From NCBI GenBank assembly GCA_964188305.1, contig OZ076892.1: DNA of 64,000 nt. One strand, given 5' to 3'. The notes beneath the pieces are model-generated. The model made no database searches, was not told where the DNA came from, and worked only from the letters and a program-made list of their open reading frames with translations. Source of the stretch: Podarcis bocagei (Eukaryota). Position numbers and translations under genes: made by a program. Positions within the stretch are counted from its first letter, which is position 1; each line of letters begins with the position of its first letter. Shown piece by piece: positions 60,268 to 64,000 of the stretch.

Positions 60268-60649
60268 TTCCTATCTCAGGCATTAAAAGAGAAGATGATG
60301 AACTATCACTGGTGGGGAAATCACAAGCAAGGCTTCCCGCACTGATCATTAAGGTTAGTAGGGATTTGTGGAACATTCTTCTCTTTTACTGCCTCTCTCT
60401 CTCTCTATGATTCAGAACTGTGATGTCTCACCTGGAGTCTGAAGCCACCCATCCATCGCCCAATAGGCTGGATTGCTACAACAGCTTGCGTGGTGTTGTT
60501 TCATTTTATTGGAAATTCACAATAACCTATTTCTGGGATCAGAACACTGACCTGAGAGTATGAAGAAGCAATATTTTTCACTCCCATAAATGAAGATCAT
60601 GGGTACCTTCAGCCTCTTCTCTTTTAGAGCCTGGAGCAGCAACAGGAAG

Positions 60650-60895
60650 GGGTGTTACTGAGTGATAGAGCCCATGCTTTGCATGCAGAAAGTATCATGT
60701 TCTACTCCTGACATCTCCAAGCAGGGGCCAGGAAAAGGCAGCTAGTTGGAATCCTGGAGAGCTGCTGCCTCTGTGAAGACATTACTGAGCTAGATGACAT
60801 GGTGCAAAGTAGCCTCCTGTGTCTTGTTAGGAGCACCCATAGCTTAGTGGTGGAGCATCTGCCTTGCGTGCAGAAGATCCCAGGTTCCATCACTC
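60650..60895 (+). mobile_element. Two tandem tRNA(Ala-like) SINE copies (Squam3-like)
   Basis: GAGTGATAGAGCCCATGCTTTGCATGCAGAA... followed by a second head ATAGCTTAGTGGTGGAGCATCTGCCTTGCGTGCAGAAGATCCCAGGTTCC. Confidence 0.65.
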
Positions 60896-60899
60896 AGCC

Positions 60900-61025
60900 T
60901 GGACAACCCAGTTGGGTTAGAGCATGATGCTTATAATACCAAGGATACAAGTTCGATCCTTGTATGAGGCAACTGCATGTTCCTCCATTGCAGGGGGTTG
61001 GATTAGATGATCCCGAGGATCTCTT
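60900..61025 (+). mobile_element. tRNA-Ile(AAT)-like SINE with CR1 tail
   Basis: CAGTTGGGTTAGAGCATGATGCTTATAATACCAAGG..AAGTTCGATCC resembles tRNA-Ile; followed by CATTGCAGGGGGTTGGATTAGATGA. Confidence 0.6.
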
Positions 61026-61938
61026 AAAAGCTCAGTGTCCATGGATTGCTGTTTGCTCCGATTGAGCTTTAAAGAGTGTCTTTTCTTCAGGGAAAGCTCT
61101 GGAGCAAAAAAGAGGGGGGATGCTCAGACATGGAGCGTTAAAGCATGGACCATGCCTAGCAAGAGCAGAGGGAAAGTAAGTGTGGATAAGTCCTCAGTGT
61201 AATGCAAATCACAAACTCATTACACCAACCAATAGTGTTAATAGGATGGAACTTCCCAAGAAAGAGTGGACTAATTCAGCAGCCTAGAACGCAGGAAGCT
61301 CCCTTGTAATAAGTCAGACCATTGGTCCATCTAACTTAGCGCTGCCTGCAATGAGTGGGAGTAGCTCTCCTCGGTTCTGCAGATGAGTCTTTCCCAGCCC
61401 TACCTGGAGTTGCCAGGGGTAGAACCTATTCTTAAGTGGTCCCTGTCTAACCCAGTGTGGACAGCACCAAACTGAAAAAGGTGTCAACATCCTATAAATG
61501 TAGCAGTTCTTCAAAAGCTAAACTAGAGGCTTAGTGTGGGCAGCAGGTCATTCCATTGCAGCACCTCATTGACCTAACACAGCACAGTACATTCAGTCAC
61601 TGGATAGTGCTGGTGGGAGAGGTAGAAGACAGGAGTGTGTGATGGAAACACAAGCAGGGGGGTTTGTTTTCCATAACTGCTTCTGATTAGGAGGTGTCAG
61701 ATTGAGAGCTCAGCAGAAGGTTTGGCCCAGTGCTTGGGGTCATGGTGTAGAATTGGGTGGGTACAAATTGAATGCCTTCAAAAGAGGATTGGACAAATTC
61801 ATGGAGGAGAATTCTATTGATGGCTATGCTCTGCCTCTGTGGTCGGAGACAGGAAGGCTTCTGAATTTCAGTTGCTGGAAACCACAGGAGGGGAGAGTGG
61901 CCTTGTACACAAGGTCCTGTTTGTGGGTTTCCTACAGC

Positions 61939-62556
61939 TAGGCTTGCCATACGTCTTGGTTTTGACATGTCCTGGTTTTTGGGTGTAAAAACTGTCGGGG
62001 GGAATTTGCCAAATCCGCAAAACGTCAGGGAAAACCCCGATGTATGGCAATACAATGGAAAAAGCAGTGGAAACAGCTCCCAAAGTTTAACATCACTATG
62101 GGGGGGGTAGGTTTTGGGAAACCACAGAGCCTAGGACTTGCCAATCAGAAGGTCGGTGGTTTGAATCCCCTCGACAGTGTGAGCTCCCGTTGCTCGGTCC
62201 CTGCTCCTGCCAACCTAGCAGTTTGAAAGCACATCAAAGTGCAAGTAGATAAATAGGTACTGCTCCGGCGGGAAGGTAAACAGAGTTTCTGTGTGCTGCT
62301 CTGGTTTTCCAGAAGTGGCTTAGTCATGCTGGCCACATGACCTGGAAGATGTACACCGGCTCCCTCGGCCAATAAAGCGAGATGAGCGCCGCAACCCCAG
62401 AGTCGGCCATGACTGGACCTAATGGTCAGGGGTCCCTTTACCTTTAGGTTTTGGGGGGAGCTCAACCATCTTGGTATCTTCCTAAAAAAATCACAGCTCA
62501 ACACCTTAGTGGGTGTCAGGAATTTTGCTTTTGCTTTTTGAAATATGGCAACCCTA
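61939..62556. mobile_element. hAT-type non-autonomous element, nested in CR1 family B (~61740-62648)
   Basis: TIR TAGGCTTGCCATA / TATGGCAACCCTA; 8-bp TSD CCTACAGC/CCTACAGT. Confidence 0.82.
62119..62444 (+). mobile_element. Sauria SINE, slightly 5'-truncated
   Basis: AAACCACAGAGCCTAGGAC...GGGGTCCCTTTACCTT; TSD TAGGTTTTGGG. Confidence 0.92.
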
Positions 62557-63564
62557 CCTACAGTGATCTGGTTGGCTGCTGTGAGAAGAGGATACTGGAC
62601 TAGATGGGCCACTGACCTGATCCAGGAGACCTCTTCTTATGTTCTTAATACAGATGATGGTGATGGTGGGAGGTCCCTGGAACTCTAGGGCAGGCAAATT
62701 GATGCTGCAGTTATGCTTCCAGCTCTCAAAGTGACGAGTAATGTCTCAAGGTAAATCTTGTTAACGCTCAGAACTTCTGAAACACCTTTTTGCTTTTTAT
62801 GCAGCCTTTTGCGGTACATGCCAGGCTCAAAGCTGTGTCAAATCTCCTGGTTTAATTTACTCCCAGGAGTGCAAGAGCGGAAGAGCCTCATCTGTAAACA
62901 GAGAAACACCTCCAAGCTAAGTTAGGGTCCAGCTGCTAGCCGACTGGGGTTTTAATGCAGCCTGGCAGCGGGAGGAGAGTGGTTATCTCAGTGGTTCATT
63001 AAAGTCTCCATGGACTGAGGAAAGCTTGAGGAAATTGCTAGCTTGCTTTGAGAGCTGGAAGGAAAATGGACACCCGTTTGGAAGCCGAAAGGCAATATCT
63101 TCCCCACTGCGATTCTTTCAAGCTCCTGGGCAGCAGTTCCCAGGGGGAAGGTCTTTTGGTGGAAGAGCGGCAAATGCCGTATCTCATTAAAGGGAGAGCA
63201 TTAAAGCAACAATTATCCCAAGCAGCCGAAGGCATGGCCATGAAAGAACATAAGAAGAGCCTGCTGGATCAGGCCAATGACCCATTTAGTCCAGCATCCT
63301 GTTCTCACAGTGGCCAACCATATGGGTAACCTAGAAGCAGGATTTGAGCACAAGAGCCCTCTCCCCTCCTGCTGTTTCCAGCAACTGGTATTCAGAAGCG
63401 TTACTCCCTCCAAGCATGGAGGCTGAGCCAAGCCATCAGGACACCCAGGCCAGCCCCCATGGCAAAATGGCCAAGCTGCATTTCCATGTCTTCCAGAACT
63501 GAACGCCTTCTCTGAAAAGACACACATTTGCATTCTCTAGAGCTGCCTTATGGTTTCTTCTTCT

Positions 63565-64000
63565 TATAATAATAATAATAGATTTTATTTATACCCCGCC
63601 CTCCCTGGCCAGAGCTGGGCTCAGGGCAGCCAACACCAATAAAATTACAGTAAAAACATAATAGGGGGGGGGGGACCAATTTAAAATACAGGTTAAAATG
63701 CAATTTAAAATGCAGCCTCATTTTAAAAGTAGCCCATAGATAAAAACCATAAAGGGAGGGAAACATAAGGGTCAGACCAAGTCCAAACCAAAGGCCAGGC
63801 AGAACAGCTCTGTCTTGCAGGCCCTGCGGAAAGATGTCAAGTCCCGCAGGGCCCTAGTCCCTTGTGAACAGAGCATTCCACCACGCTGGGGCCAGTGCTG
63901 AAAAGGCCCTGGCCCTAGTTGAAACCAATCTAACCTCCTTGAGGCTCGGGACCTCCAAAGTGTTGTTATTTGTGGACCTTAAGGTCCTCTGCAGGGCATA
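63565..64000 (-). mobile_element. L2-clade LINE 3' end (runs off window)
   Basis: Reverse translation YALQRTLRSTNNNTLEVP..STRARAFSALAPAWWNAL; 3'UTR ends GGGCGGGGTATAAATAA plus (ATT)n. Confidence 0.85.

Noticed and set aside
1-64000. AJAP1 exon 1 (MWIQQLLGL) and exon 3 (LAVHQIITITVSL transmembrane segment)
   Set aside because: Not found by eye or in the ORF track; probably outside the window, although a short exon could have been missed.

Overview
Eukaryotic, repeat-rich DNA from a squamate reptile. The Sauria SINE, CR1, L2, Bov-B and Penelope repeat mix suggests a lacertid lizard (inference). The only host coding sequence I can support is one 755-nt internal exon (28948-29702, + strand). It corresponds to coding exon 2 of AJAP1/SHREW-1 and encodes the signal-peptide C-part, a furin-type RRRKR site, the WG sushi-domain-binding motif and a Thr-rich stalk. 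The flanks are most likely introns 1 and 2; I did not find exons 1 or 3. The introns are filled with nested transposon relics: two CR1 families, L2, L1, Bov-B, Penelope, several tRNA-derived SINEs, solo LTRs and many TcMar/hAT MITEs, many with readable target-site duplications (TSDs). The most notable non-coding signals are: (1) a ~700-bp TSD-less, CpG-rich insert at ~4152-4856 that is base-paired almost end to end and displays its TATA and CCAAT boxes in the loops of a three-way junction; (2) a minimal hammerhead ribozyme in a Penelope 3' repeat (45429-45466, - strand); (3) a near-consensus REST/RE1 silencer (53301-53321); (4) inverted Sauria SINEs bracketing exon 2, a circRNA-type layout; (5) a 25-bp perfect hairpin inside a TcMar MITE. 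Repeat family names and human protein comparisons are from memory, not database searches. Boundaries of old repeats are approximate.
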